From NCBI GenBank assembly GCA_040081735.1, contig JBEBFX010000001.1:1-41188 (forward strand): 41,188 nucleotides of DNA, given 5' to 3'. Shown here one piece after another: positions 18,819 to 26,728 of this stretch; within the stretch, counting starts at the first letter, position 1; each line of letters opens with the position of its first letter. The position numbers and the translations under genes were made by a program. The stretch is from Alphaproteobacteria bacterium (GTDB lineage: Bacteria > Pseudomonadota > Alphaproteobacteria > UBA11222). The notes beneath the pieces are model-generated. The model did no database searches. It was not told the origin of the DNA and saw nothing but the letters and a program-made list of their open reading frames with translations.

Positions 18819-19444
18819 CGCCGCACCTCCACCAATGGAATATTTAGAATTTGCCCGGCGCTGAAGGCCGCCTGATTGATTTCCAGAAAGTCCGCATCAA
18901 AGCGCACCGGCACATCAAACGCGTATCCGGCGCTGATGCTGACGCCACTGCCCGGGGCCGTTGAGAAAGTCACTATCCCGGTGGCATTATCCACCGTAAA
19001 CAGACCAGCACTTTGCTCCACGCTGTTCAATCCCATGCGCACACTCCCCGCCACGGGCTTGGCGATCGTGCGCGGATAGGATTGGCTGCCGCTGCTATAA
19101 TTTTTATACAGTTGAAAACTGGCGGCGGAACCCGTGCCCGTCGCGATGGTCTGGTCTGTGTGTGCAATCGCGCCGCCCGGCGGGGACGATTGGTAATCAC
19201 TGAAATCCTTGAACCGAAACCCGTGCAGGCGTCCGGCGCGCGCCTCAAAAAATGCGATCACCAGATGAATGTCTGCAAGGGATCGCACCCCATAACCCGC
19301 ATTATAGCGCCGTCTTGAATCCGCCCACGGACTGTTTCTCTCCTCAAAACCGCTGGCCAGCGTTACAATCTCCGTGCGCCGTTCCGGCCCGCCGCTCGCC
19401 CCAAGGCTGATGCCCGTGGGAAACCGTATTTCATGAAACGCCAT
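18815..19444 (-). CDS. DUF2460-family distal tail protein (GTA g12-like)
   Basis: 209-aa ORF. MAFHEIRFPTGISLGASGGPERRTEIVTLASGFEERNSPW is the conserved N-terminus of this family. Confidence 0.8.
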   Translation of the reverse strand: MAFHEIRFPTGISLGASGGPERRTEIVTLASGFEERNSPWADSRRRYNAGYGVRSLADIHLVIAFFEARAGRLHGFRFKDFSDYQSSPPGGAIAHTDQTIATGTGSAASFQLYKNYSSGSQSYPRTIAKPVAGSVRMGLNSVEQSAGLFTVDNATGIVTFSTAPGSGVSISAGYAFDVPVRFDADFLEINQAAFSAGQILNIPLVEVRR

Positions 19445-19458
19445 TACCCGGCTCCCTG

Positions 19459-20097
19459 TTAAAGATTTCGCCCGCCGCGTTGCCCCACCCGTTGCAGCAT
19501 GGCGGCAATCTGCGCTTCTGAACGGCGAAGCCCTTCGGCGTCGGGCGTTGTCACATTGAAATTGATGGTGATCGCGCGGCCTGCGCCGCCATCTCCTCCG
19601 CGCACCCCCAGCCGCCCATCTGGCCCGCGCGTCAGCGGCAGAATGGCTTCCGGTCCGGCCTCTCCCATCAATCCGGTAGCGCCTCCGCCCATCGGAAATA
19701 CGGCGGGGCTGCTGACAATACCCCCGCGCGCCAGGGGGATAACCCGCCCGTTGGAAAATGCATTGCCATTGCCGTTGCGCAGCACATTGCCAAGCAGTCC
19801 GCTCAGCCCCGCCGTCACCACGCCTGAAAATGAATTGGCGGCGGCGCGCACTGTGCGCTGGCTCAGGGACAGGATCACCGATCTGAAACTTTCCGACAGG
19901 TCCTTGCCGCGCAGCGCCGCACCCGTAAAGGCCCGCGCCAGGGTTTCTCCGGTGTCGCGTCCCGCACTGGCAAGCGCGCGTAAATCCTGGCTGTATTCCC
20001 GCGTACGCATGCGCAGTTCGCTTAATTTCTGCAACTGCTGATCAGAGTGCGGCAAAATACTTCCAGCGCTCTCACTTGTTTCATCCATCGGCGGCAT
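19459..20097 (-). CDS. Short tail tape-measure protein (GTA g11-like)
   Basis: The track ORF extends to 20202. The ATG at 20097 is preceded by GGGAG and sits just before the stop of the upstream chaperone ORF, giving ~212 aa (MPPMDETSES...). It is Gly/Ala-rich and lies in the g11 position. Confidence 0.65.
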   Translation of the reverse strand: MPPMDETSESAGSILPHSDQQLQKLSELRMRTREYSQDLRALASAGRDTGETLARAFTGAALRGKDLSESFRSVILSLSQRTVRAAANSFSGVVTAGLSGLLGNVLRNGNGNAFSNGRVIPLARGGIVSSPAVFPMGGGATGLMGEAGPEAILPLTRGPDGRLGVRGGDGGAGRAITINFNVTTPDAEGLRRSEAQIAAMLQRVGQRGGRNL

Positions 20098-20311
20098 CCT
20101 CAACTCCCTGATCTGGATATTGCGCACACAGCGCGTCAAATTCCTGGCGGCCCGGACTTGCCCGTCCCGCCGCCTCCATTCCATCCCCGGCATGGCCATC
20201 AAGGGCCGCCTGCAACTCCTGCGGGCTCATGCGCCAGAATGTGTCCGGCGTCAGATGCAGCGGCCCGAAAGCCAGCCGCATCAGACGCCGCCAGGGAAAG
20301 GGGCGGTACAC
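20081..20311 (-). CDS. Tail assembly chaperone ORF2 (GTA g10.1-like), probably expressed as a -1 frameshift extension
   Basis: 76-aa frame (PFPWRRLMRLAFGPLHLTPDTFWRMSPQELQAAL). It is in the -1 frame relative to 20281-20664 and overlaps it by 31 nt. The frame opens only 3 codons upstream of its GTG. Confidence 0.6.
   Translation of the reverse strand: MYRPFPWRRLMRLAFGPLHLTPDTFWRMSPQELQAALDGHAGDGMEAAGRASPGRQEFDALCAQYPDQGVEDAADG
20246..20302 (-). other. Candidate programmed -1 ribosomal frameshift signal (slippery heptamer plus hairpin)
   Basis: On the minus strand, C CCU UUC occupies 20302-20296 in the zero frame of the g10-like ORF (codons gcC CCU UUC). A 5-nt spacer follows. The stem then pairs 20290-20278 with 20258-20246, giving 13 bp with one U-U mismatch and a 19-nt loop. 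Confidence 0.5.
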
Positions 20312-20664
20312 TCTCCGTCATTCTCTTTTGGCGCAGTATCCGCCTGTCCGTCCGATCCAAACGCGGCCTGCAACAGATCAATAACGAGTGCCAGATATCC
20401 CGGCACGCCGCCCTCCACCTGCATATTGGCCACCTGGTCATCCTGAATATCGTTGCCCCCGCCGCGCAGTCCGCAGCCGATAACGCAGATCGCCTCCCGC
20501 GCCGTGATGCGGCCCGTTTCAAAACGTTGCGCCAACGCCAGAATATCCTTACCGCCCAGACGCTCTTCCAGTTCCGCCAGCGCGCCAAGGGTCAGGCACA
20601 AGGTGTGCGCCCTGCCGTCCAGCATGGCGGATATTTCGCCGCGATGAAGATTGGTCATGTTCAT
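20281..20664 (-). CDS. Tail assembly chaperone ORF1 (GTA g10-like)
   Basis: 127-aa ORF. MNMTNLHRGEISAMLDGRAHTLCLTLGALAELEERLG is the typical GTA-family-protein N-terminus. It has an ATGA overlap with the major tail gene. Confidence 0.7.
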   Translation of the reverse strand: MNMTNLHRGEISAMLDGRAHTLCLTLGALAELEERLGGKDILALAQRFETGRITAREAICVIGCGLRGGGNDIQDDQVANMQVEGGVPGYLALVIDLLQAAFGSDGQADTAPKENDGECTAPFPGGV

Positions 20665-21074
20665 ATCACCGTGAAGGCAAGCTGCCCGGCGCTTTCCAGC
20701 GCGACGGAATAGGTAACCTCGCCGTCATATTCACCGGCATATTCCATCGCACTGATCTGGAACGCGCCCTGAATGACGCCAAAGCTGGGCACAATCAGCT
20801 GCCAGTTCCGCAATGTCCCATTGAAGAAAAATCCGCGCACGGTTTCATCCGCCGCGTCGTCGCGGAACACGCCTGTGCCGCTGATGGATGCGGATTTTAT
20901 GCCCGCCCCCTCCAGAATTTCACGCCAGCCATTGACGCTGTCCGCATTGGTAATATCTACCGGTCTTGCGTTCAGCGACAGGCTGCGGGTGCGCAACCCC
21001 GCCACCGTTACAAAAACACCAGCCCCCGTGCTATCCACTTTCAACAGCAGATCGCGTCCCTTTTGTGCGGCCAT
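20661..21074 (-). CDS. Major tail protein (TP901-1-like, GTA g9-like)
   Basis: 137-aa ORF (MAAQKGRDLLLKVDSTGAG...FVTVAGLRT). Its size and position lie between the tail-completion and chaperone genes. Confidence 0.8.
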   Translation of the reverse strand: MAAQKGRDLLLKVDSTGAGVFVTVAGLRTRSLSLNARPVDITNADSVNGWREILEGAGIKSASISGTGVFRDDAADETVRGFFFNGTLRNWQLIVPSFGVIQGAFQISAMEYAGEYDGEVTYSVALESAGQLAFTVI

Positions 21075-21103
21075 GAGGGCCTCCTTTTAATGAGAGTGAA
21101 AAA

Positions 21104-21490
21104 TCAGAGCGGATGGGTCACGGCGCGAAACCGCACCAGCCCATGACGCGACACGCCATCGGGATCCGGAAATTCATCGGCAAACACAAACCGCAAATCG
21201 ACCAGCTGATGCCCGCTCAGGCTCAGCGCCACGCCATCAAGCGCCGCCATGATCGACGACATGATCTGTTTCATTTCCTTGCGGCCCTGATAGCGCGACC
21301 AGATATGAATGCTCAGCGCATGCTGCTCGCCGCTCAAATCGCCCGCACCCCAGGCCGATACCGCCGCATCCCCCACCACGACATAGGGGAACGGCGCATT
21401 CTGGGGTACGTGATCATAAACCGGCTCCGCCAACAGGGTATCAAGCCGGGCAAAGATCACCTGTTGCAGCTCCCAACCTGCCGCTGTCAT
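21104..21490 (-). CDS. DUF3168-family tail completion/terminator protein (GTA g8-like)
   Basis: 128-aa ORF with the pattern VYDHVPQNAPFPYVVVGD...HALSIHIWSRYQGRKE, in the g8 position. Confidence 0.75.
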   Translation of the reverse strand: MTAAGWELQQVIFARLDTLLAEPVYDHVPQNAPFPYVVVGDAAVSAWGAGDLSGEQHALSIHIWSRYQGRKEMKQIMSSIMAALDGVALSLSGHQLVDLRFVFADEFPDPDGVSRHGLVRFRAVTHPL

Positions 21491-21520
21491 GGGCGTACCT
21501 CGCTGATTAAGTTATTGAAA

Positions 21521-21719
21521 TAGGGCGTTTTGTGATCTGATTGAAACAAGCCTGGCTTTCTCGCATGTTGCCGATCCCCTCTCGCCGCGCTAGCGCTGGC
21601 GCAGCGGGCCCTGTCCCTCCCCTTTGCAAGGGGAGGGAACCTCGACGCGAACACCGCCTCCCCCGGAAAGGGGGAGGTTGGGTGGGGGTCCGATTCAATG
21701 TGAAAACAAAATGCTCTAG
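21521..21719. repeat. MITE-like element, family 2, copy B (199 bp), inside the structural operon
   Basis: It is in the same orientation as 11184-11355 and ~90% identical to it, with an extra ~30 bp (ctctcgccgcgctagcgctggcgcagcgggc). It fills nearly the whole g7-g8 intergenic gap. Confidence 0.85.
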
Positions 21720-21733
21720 GCTCGAAGGCTGCC

Positions 21734-22054
21734 TTACCCGGCAACGCCTTCTTCGCAGCGGCATTCGAGCCACTGGCTGCGCTCATTCACGTTTTTCACG
21801 CTTCGGATATTCAGAATGCGCTGCTGCAACGCCAGCCGGTCGGCCGGCGTAATATCGCCGCGATAACGCATACGGATCAGGTAAGTCTGTGTGGCCTGCA
21901 TTTGCATGGCATGAACGGTTTCGCTGCCCGGCAACGGCGTTATCCTTGCCCACAGCTCAGCAATATCGATCCAGCTCAACGCGGCGCCGCCCCCCGCATC
22001 CGCTGTTTCCAGACGGCGTTGCAGGATGATTTTCCGGCGCATTCCCCCAATCAT
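21734..22054 (-). CDS. Head-tail adaptor / head-closure protein (GTA g7-like)
   Basis: 106-aa ORF with the SPP1 gp16-like pattern RRKIILQRR...WIDIAELWARITPLPGSE...YLIRMRYRGDITPADRL. Confidence 0.75.
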   Translation of the reverse strand: MIGGMRRKIILQRRLETADAGGGAALSWIDIAELWARITPLPGSETVHAMQMQATQTYLIRMRYRGDITPADRLALQQRILNIRSVKNVNERSQWLECRCEEGVAG

Positions 22055-22055
22055 C

Positions 22056-22703
22056 TTACAACCTCATCATTCTGTAGGGCGCCAGCAGATTATGCACGCC
22101 GAGCGGTAAAACCTGCGCCCTGCTGTCTGCGCTCTGCAACACTTCGCGGTTTTCAAAATAATGCGCCGTCAGCATCAGCACCGCCTGGCGCAAGGGCGCA
22201 GGGACGTCTCCCTGTCCAACCCCATAGCCGCAGGTAAAATCAATCTGGAGCCCGTTGGCCGCCCTTTGCGGTTGCGGGGCCGAGGCAGTATTTCGCAACA
22301 CCAGCCTGCCGGGCGTACTTGCGGTATCGGCAAAATAATTGTCCGGTGACCACGCCACCCCCTGATCGGCATCATTGAACAGCGTCACTGAAACGACAGC
22401 CTGCAATGGCGCTTTGGGAATTTCAATGAACCGCGCGGCTCCCGCACGTACTGCGCCCTGACGCACCCCGTCCCACCAGGCGTCCCCGCCAGCGTACGTC
22501 CAGCTATCCATCATCCAGCGCCAGCCCTGACTGATCAGCGCCCTGCCGGTCCAGCTCTCCACCATCTGCCGGGCGGTGCGGATATGCCCAAGCATCAGGG
22601 CCAGCTCATCCTCGCTATCGATGCGCAGATGCGCCAGCGCTTCGGCCTCGCTTACCGGCTCAATCGCGGGCGCGCTCAGCAAACTCAACCGTTCACGGAT
22701 CAT
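22056..22703 (-). CDS. gp6-like head-tail connector protein (GTA g6-like)
   Basis: 215-aa ORF. The N-terminus VSEAEALAHLRIDSEDELALMLGHIRTARQMVESWTGRALISQ is the canonical connector motif. Confidence 0.75.
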   Translation of the reverse strand: MIRERLSLLSAPAIEPVSEAEALAHLRIDSEDELALMLGHIRTARQMVESWTGRALISQGWRWMMDSWTYAGGDAWWDGVRQGAVRAGAARFIEIPKAPLQAVVSVTLFNDADQGVAWSPDNYFADTASTPGRLVLRNTASAPQPQRAANGLQIDFTCGYGVGQGDVPAPLRQAVLMLTAHYFENREVLQSADSRAQVLPLGVHNLLAPYRMMRL

Positions 22704-22978
22704 TATCGTTGCTCCACTCTGACGGTGATGGAACGCTCGTCCGTGCGCCCCTGGGATGTCGTGATGCGGTTTGACATCTGGTAAATCTGCCCCGCAACGC
22801 CGCCGGTGACGGTGACGGTGGCGACGCTGGCCGTATTACCGGCGGCGCTCTGGGTCATATCGCCGGGGAAGATGGTCCAGATACTGCTCGAAAGGGTTTC
22901 ACCGCCCTGCAAATACCCCCCACCCCAGTCGATCGAATAATCCAGTACGGCGCCCGGGTCCTTGACATAAAATTGCAT
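22703..22978 (-). CDS. Small beta-rich phage structural protein (KDPxxxLDYxxDW-type)
   Basis: 91-aa ORF (MQFYVKDPGAVLDYSIDWGGGYLQGGETLSSSIW...). The motif recalls a small Ig-like phage family that some annotations call a fibre-tail adaptor (from memory). It has a TAATG overlap with g6. Confidence 0.4.
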   Translation of the reverse strand: MQFYVKDPGAVLDYSIDWGGGYLQGGETLSSSIWTIFPGDMTQSAAGNTASVATVTVTGGVAGQIYQMSNRITTSQGRTDERSITVRVEQR

Positions 22979-22988
22979 GAATTATCCT

Positions 22989-23381
22989 TTAGGTTGGGTC
23001 GGCGATTTCAACATCGAATGCGTTAACCGTCATGGTGTTGCCAGCCGTCACCGCCTGCGAGGCCGAAAGGCTTGTCACCGCCAGCAGAACGCTTGCCGTA
23101 TCATCCACCAGCGCCACATGATCGGCGGTTCCGCTGACATCCACCGTTATGCCGGTCTGCTGATTGACCGTCAGCTTGCGTCCCGAAACGTCGCCGTTTG
23201 CCGGGCCTGCAAAATTCGCCGATGTAATGGCGCGCTGGCCGCACCTTTTCCCTGTGGGCGAATTGGCATTTGCCTCTGCATAGGTCGCAGGCGCGCCAAT
23301 GCACACCACCAGTTTGTCCGCCGTGGTTTTGATCTGACCCAACGCCGCATCGAGCACGGCGTCATCCACTGTCTTTGTCAT
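22989..23381 (-). CDS. Hypothetical phage structural protein
   Basis: 130-aa ORF, packed 3-10 nt from its neighbours on the same strand. It has Ala/Thr/Val-rich beta-type composition. I recognise no family. Confidence 0.35.
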   Translation of the reverse strand: MTKTVDDAVLDAALGQIKTTADKLVVCIGAPATYAEANANSPTGKRCGQRAITSANFAGPANGDVSGRKLTVNQQTGITVDVSGTADHVALVDDTASVLLAVTSLSASQAVTAGNTMTVNAFDVEIADPT

Positions 23382-23384
23382 CGT

Positions 23385-24515
23385 TTACTCCGTGATTGTT
23401 TTGATTCTGTTTAATGCCGCAACCGATACGGAACGCCCGTCAACGGCTGGCTTGTTTCTGCGTGAATTACCGGCAATCACTGAAATTCTGAACCCCGGTG
23501 CGCCTGGTGCGCCTGCCCCCGGCGATGCGGAATCGAATCCAGACGCCATATGCATGTCCAGCGCCGGTAATAAATGCGCCTGGAAAAGCCCCGGGGTCTC
23601 AAAACCTTCGGCCAGAAATCCATCCATCGGGATCAGATTATGCGCCTGCGACATTGCGGACGGATCGAATGACAAACTATTCAATGTATCGGCAGGGGCA
23701 AGCACTGCATCGCCGCCCGGCGGCGTCCATACGCCGCGCCACTCAGCCATGGGCCGGAACATGCAGAACGGGTCAATGGCCAGCATCCGCATCTCGGCAT
23801 TGCTCAACGCCCGGTTCCAGGCGGCCGCAAAAACGATCGTGCAGGCGGTGTCAATGCGGAAAGTTGTCGTCTCGGGCCGCTGGCCTATGGCGAAACCCAG
23901 CGTTCCCGTTTTTATATCCTGAATCGTTCCGGACGCCGTGGCGCGCAGAACACCGTCAACAAAACCTTCCACATTGGCGCCTGCCCTGCGCCCGCCGAAC
24001 AGATGATATTTGCCGTCAATGGCCCCGGAAACCACCGCATTGGTGTTACTGTTTACGTTACGCGTGTTGAAGGAAAACATTCCCGAGGTGGCCGTGGCCA
24101 CTGACCCCGCCGCATTGTTAAACCCCAGCCACAGATTGGTGTTGTCCGCCACGTTGCCCTGAGCCAGCCCCCAGCTGATCCTGGATTCCGCAATCGGATT
24201 GGCCAGAATAATCATGGTCAGATCACCGGCGCCGGCCTCATCCGATGTTGAAATAAACTCGATATTGTCCTGAGAGAGAAGATTGGACGCTCCCGAAATA
24301 CCTGCGCCCGGCCCATAGGGCGTACCGCGCCATTGCAGGGTTGATCCCGCTGTCAGATTTGCCCCGGCAAGCGGCTGCCCCATGCTGTTCAGAAGCGCGC
24401 CATTACCCGCATTTCCCCATAGCGGCGCAAGGAATGCCAGCCCCTGCCACAGTCTGCGGGAACCGGGCGCAACAAGTGCAGGCGCAATATTCCAGCGTGG
24501 CGGTTTTTGTCGCAT
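23385..24515 (-). CDS. LamG/concanavalin-A-like lectin-fold protein with C-terminal short repeats (fibre/spike candidate)
   Basis: 376-aa ORF. The central region (LTMIILANP...WLGFNN...KYHLFGGRR...GFVDGVL...FAAAWNRALSNAEMRML) follows the Laminin_G_3 jelly-roll pattern. The C-terminus has three Fxxxx(Q)AHxL-like repeats. Confidence 0.5.
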   Translation of the reverse strand: MRQKPPRWNIAPALVAPGSRRLWQGLAFLAPLWGNAGNGALLNSMGQPLAGANLTAGSTLQWRGTPYGPGAGISGASNLLSQDNIEFISTSDEAGAGDLTMIILANPIAESRISWGLAQGNVADNTNLWLGFNNAAGSVATATSGMFSFNTRNVNSNTNAVVSGAIDGKYHLFGGRRAGANVEGFVDGVLRATASGTIQDIKTGTLGFAIGQRPETTTFRIDTACTIVFAAAWNRALSNAEMRMLAIDPFCMFRPMAEWRGVWTPPGGDAVLAPADTLNSLSFDPSAMSQAHNLIPMDGFLAEGFETPGLFQAHLLPALDMHMASGFDSASPGAGAPGAPGFRISVIAGNSRRNKPAVDGRSVSVAALNRIKTITE

Positions 24516-24530
24516 GGGGTGCGCGATCCG

Positions 24531-24911
24531 TCAGCGTTCAATGGCGGGCGTAAACGGCGCCAGGGTTTTTATCGCATTAATCAGCTCCCGGATGGTTTCA
24601 CCCCTCTGGACGCTCAGGGCTTCATTCATTTCGGCCTGGGTCATCTGCCCGGCAAAAGCCTTGGCGCCCTCGGCCTCGTACAGGAACTCAATGCCGTCCG
24701 GGGTTTTCCCGGAAAGTTTGACACGCTCGTTTTCCTTTCCCCCGCACAGTTTCGCATCGATCTGTCCGGTCTGCGCGTCATAGGCAAGCGACGCCTGATT
24801 TATTCCCGCACAGGACGGCGGGCTGGCGCGATACACCGTGCCGCAGGCTGCAAGTGAAACGGCGCCCCCCGCCGCAAAGGCCAATGCCAAAGCAGAATAT
24901 TTCATATTCAT
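24531..24911 (-). CDS. Small lipoprotein
   Basis: 126-aa ORF. The signal peptide carries a lipobox (MNMKYSALALAFAAGGAVSLAAC), and the mature part has three further Cys residues. It lies inside the structural operon. Confidence 0.5.
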   Translation of the reverse strand: MNMKYSALALAFAAGGAVSLAACGTVYRASPPSCAGINQASLAYDAQTGQIDAKLCGGKENERVKLSGKTPDGIEFLYEAEGAKAFAGQMTQAEMNEALSVQRGETIRELINAIKTLAPFTPAIER

Positions 24912-24935
24912 TTCCTTTCCAGCTTCTGTGAAGGG

Positions 24936-25307
24936 TTACGCGCTCACGCCATCCAGCATGTAGGCCCCGCCCATGGTGTAGGTGTTTGTGGCGCCCGTGC
25001 TCAGCCCGCCGATACGGAACTTGCGCACCCCCATCACCGTGAATGCGAAATATTCCGCATTGATGGTCGCGGGCTTGATGGTGAACTGCATGAATGCGAA
25101 CACGTCCCAGGTTTCGCTGGACGCATCCAGCGTTGTGTAAACCGACACCTGCAAACTGTCGGTGACAGCACTTGCGTGCTCGTTGTCAATCTTCAGCTGG
25201 ACATGACATAATTCGCGCGGGTTCAGCGTCACTGAGGCCAGAAATTCCTCTGCCGTATTGTTGATCGCCGTCTGATCGGTAAAGTTCTGTTTCGAGCCCC
25301 AGGCCAT
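24936..25307 (-). CDS. Hypothetical protein directly after the capsid gene (decoration-protein position)
   Basis: 123-aa ORF with a GAGGAG RBS 7 nt upstream and beta-rich composition. I recognise no family. Confidence 0.35.
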   Translation of the reverse strand: MAWGSKQNFTDQTAINNTAEEFLASVTLNPRELCHVQLKIDNEHASAVTDSLQVSVYTTLDASSETWDVFAFMQFTIKPATINAEYFAFTVMGVRKFRIGGLSTGATNTYTMGGAYMLDGVSA

Positions 25308-25330
25308 TTCAAACTCCTCATCAGCGGGAC

Positions 25331-25360
25331 AAAAAAAAGGGTGAAATTTTCATTTCGCCC
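25331..25360 (-). terminator. Intrinsic terminator after the major capsid gene
   Basis: The minus strand reads GGGCGAAA-ugaaaa-UUUCACCC (8-bp stem, one C-A mismatch) followed by U8. It lies 22 nt after the capsid stop. Confidence 0.6.
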
Positions 25361-25381
25361 CAACTTTTTTAACTGGCGAAC

Positions 25382-26623
25382 TTACGAAACGCCGAATTTC
25401 AGCAATTTGATCGCCTCGAAATTCTGCACGCCGCCGCCCACGCGCTTGGTGGTGTAAAACAGCACATAGGGTTTGGCCGTGTACGGATCACGCAGCACAC
25501 GGATGCCCAGCCGGTCCACCACCAGATAGCCGCGCCTGAAATCGCCAAAGGCGATGCTGAAACTGTTGGCGGCCAGGCTTGGCATGTCTTCTGATTCCGT
25601 CACGGGATACCCAAGCAGCGTCGAGGGCTGCCCCGCCAGCAGGGACGGCTGCCACAGATACAACCCGTTGGCGTCCTTGAATTTGCGGATATCCGCCTGC
25701 ACATTGCGGTTCAGCACCCAGTTGGCGTTCGAGCGGTACCCCTGTTTCAGGGTGTAGATCAGATTGACCAGGGCATCGCTGGGATTGCTGGCCGCGAACG
25801 CCGCCGAAACCCCGGTCGCCAGATAGCCCATATTGCCCCACGTCCACGATGCGTTGGCCACATTGGTGTAGGCCAGAAAGCCCTTGGGCTTGTTCACCCC
25901 GTCACCGCTGACAAACGCCAGGCTTTCCTGTTCGGCGAAAATGATCTGCACTTCATCCGCCAGCCAGGCTTCCGTATCCACGGCGGCGTCATCCAGAATG
26001 GTCTGGGTCGCCGACGGCATGGCGTAGATCTCCATCGCCGGGAAACTCAGCTCCACCAGGGTGGGCGTTGTGGTCTGCGGACGCGCCGCCGTTTCACCCA
26101 CCCAGCCGGTGCTGGCGCTGACCGTGGCGAACGGCTTTTTGTAGACATTGCCGCTGATTTTCTGCACCCCGGCAATGGACCGGATGGGCGACGCCACCGA
26201 CAGCAGCCGCTCAATCTGGCGCTCGGTTTCGGCCGGCACCAGATAGCCGCCGTCGGCGCTTACGCCAACAGACAGCGCCTTGCTTTCCAGCTCATGCAGG
26301 CCGTGCTCGACGCCTTTGCGCATGTACAGATCAAAGCCCGCTTTGTGCTCGCGCCCATACATGCCGTGCTGCGCGCCCTCGGATGAAAAATCCGGACGCG
26401 CATGGGCCAGCGCCATTTCATCCATGCGCTGTTTGTGCTCATCCAGCGCCCGGTCATGGCGGTCGAGTTTTTCGCGGGTCAGCACGTCTGCGCCAAGCCG
26501 CGTATCCAGCTCCCGCAACCTTTGATCATTGGTGCTTTTATACGCCTCAAAGGTGCGCTGGAAACTGCCGAACTCGGCTTTCACTTCACGGGCGACGGGT
26601 ATCTCATGGCTGTTCTGGTTCAT
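25382..26623 (-). CDS. HK97-family major capsid protein (GTA g5-like)
   Basis: 413-aa ORF with an N-terminal delta-domain-like coiled region, then GGYLVPAE...FAEQESLAFVSGDGVNKPKGF...YTAKPYVLFYTTKRVGGG, which is typical of HK97-type capsids. Confidence 0.9.
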   Translation of the reverse strand: MNQNSHEIPVAREVKAEFGSFQRTFEAYKSTNDQRLRELDTRLGADVLTREKLDRHDRALDEHKQRMDEMALAHARPDFSSEGAQHGMYGREHKAGFDLYMRKGVEHGLHELESKALSVGVSADGGYLVPAETERQIERLLSVASPIRSIAGVQKISGNVYKKPFATVSASTGWVGETAARPQTTTPTLVELSFPAMEIYAMPSATQTILDDAAVDTEAWLADEVQIIFAEQESLAFVSGDGVNKPKGFLAYTNVANASWTWGNMGYLATGVSAAFAASNPSDALVNLIYTLKQGYRSNANWVLNRNVQADIRKFKDANGLYLWQPSLLAGQPSTLLGYPVTESEDMPSLAANSFSIAFGDFRRGYLVVDRLGIRVLRDPYTAKPYVLFYTTKRVGGGVQNFEAIKLLKFGVS

Positions 26624-26728
26624 ATTTTCCTCATGGTTGCGTTGCAGAAATGCAGCATCCGCTGTGCGGATAAAGCTGCGCGATTAGTAAAAATGCAGGG
26701 CAGGGTCTGTTGAAATTGAAGCGCAAGC

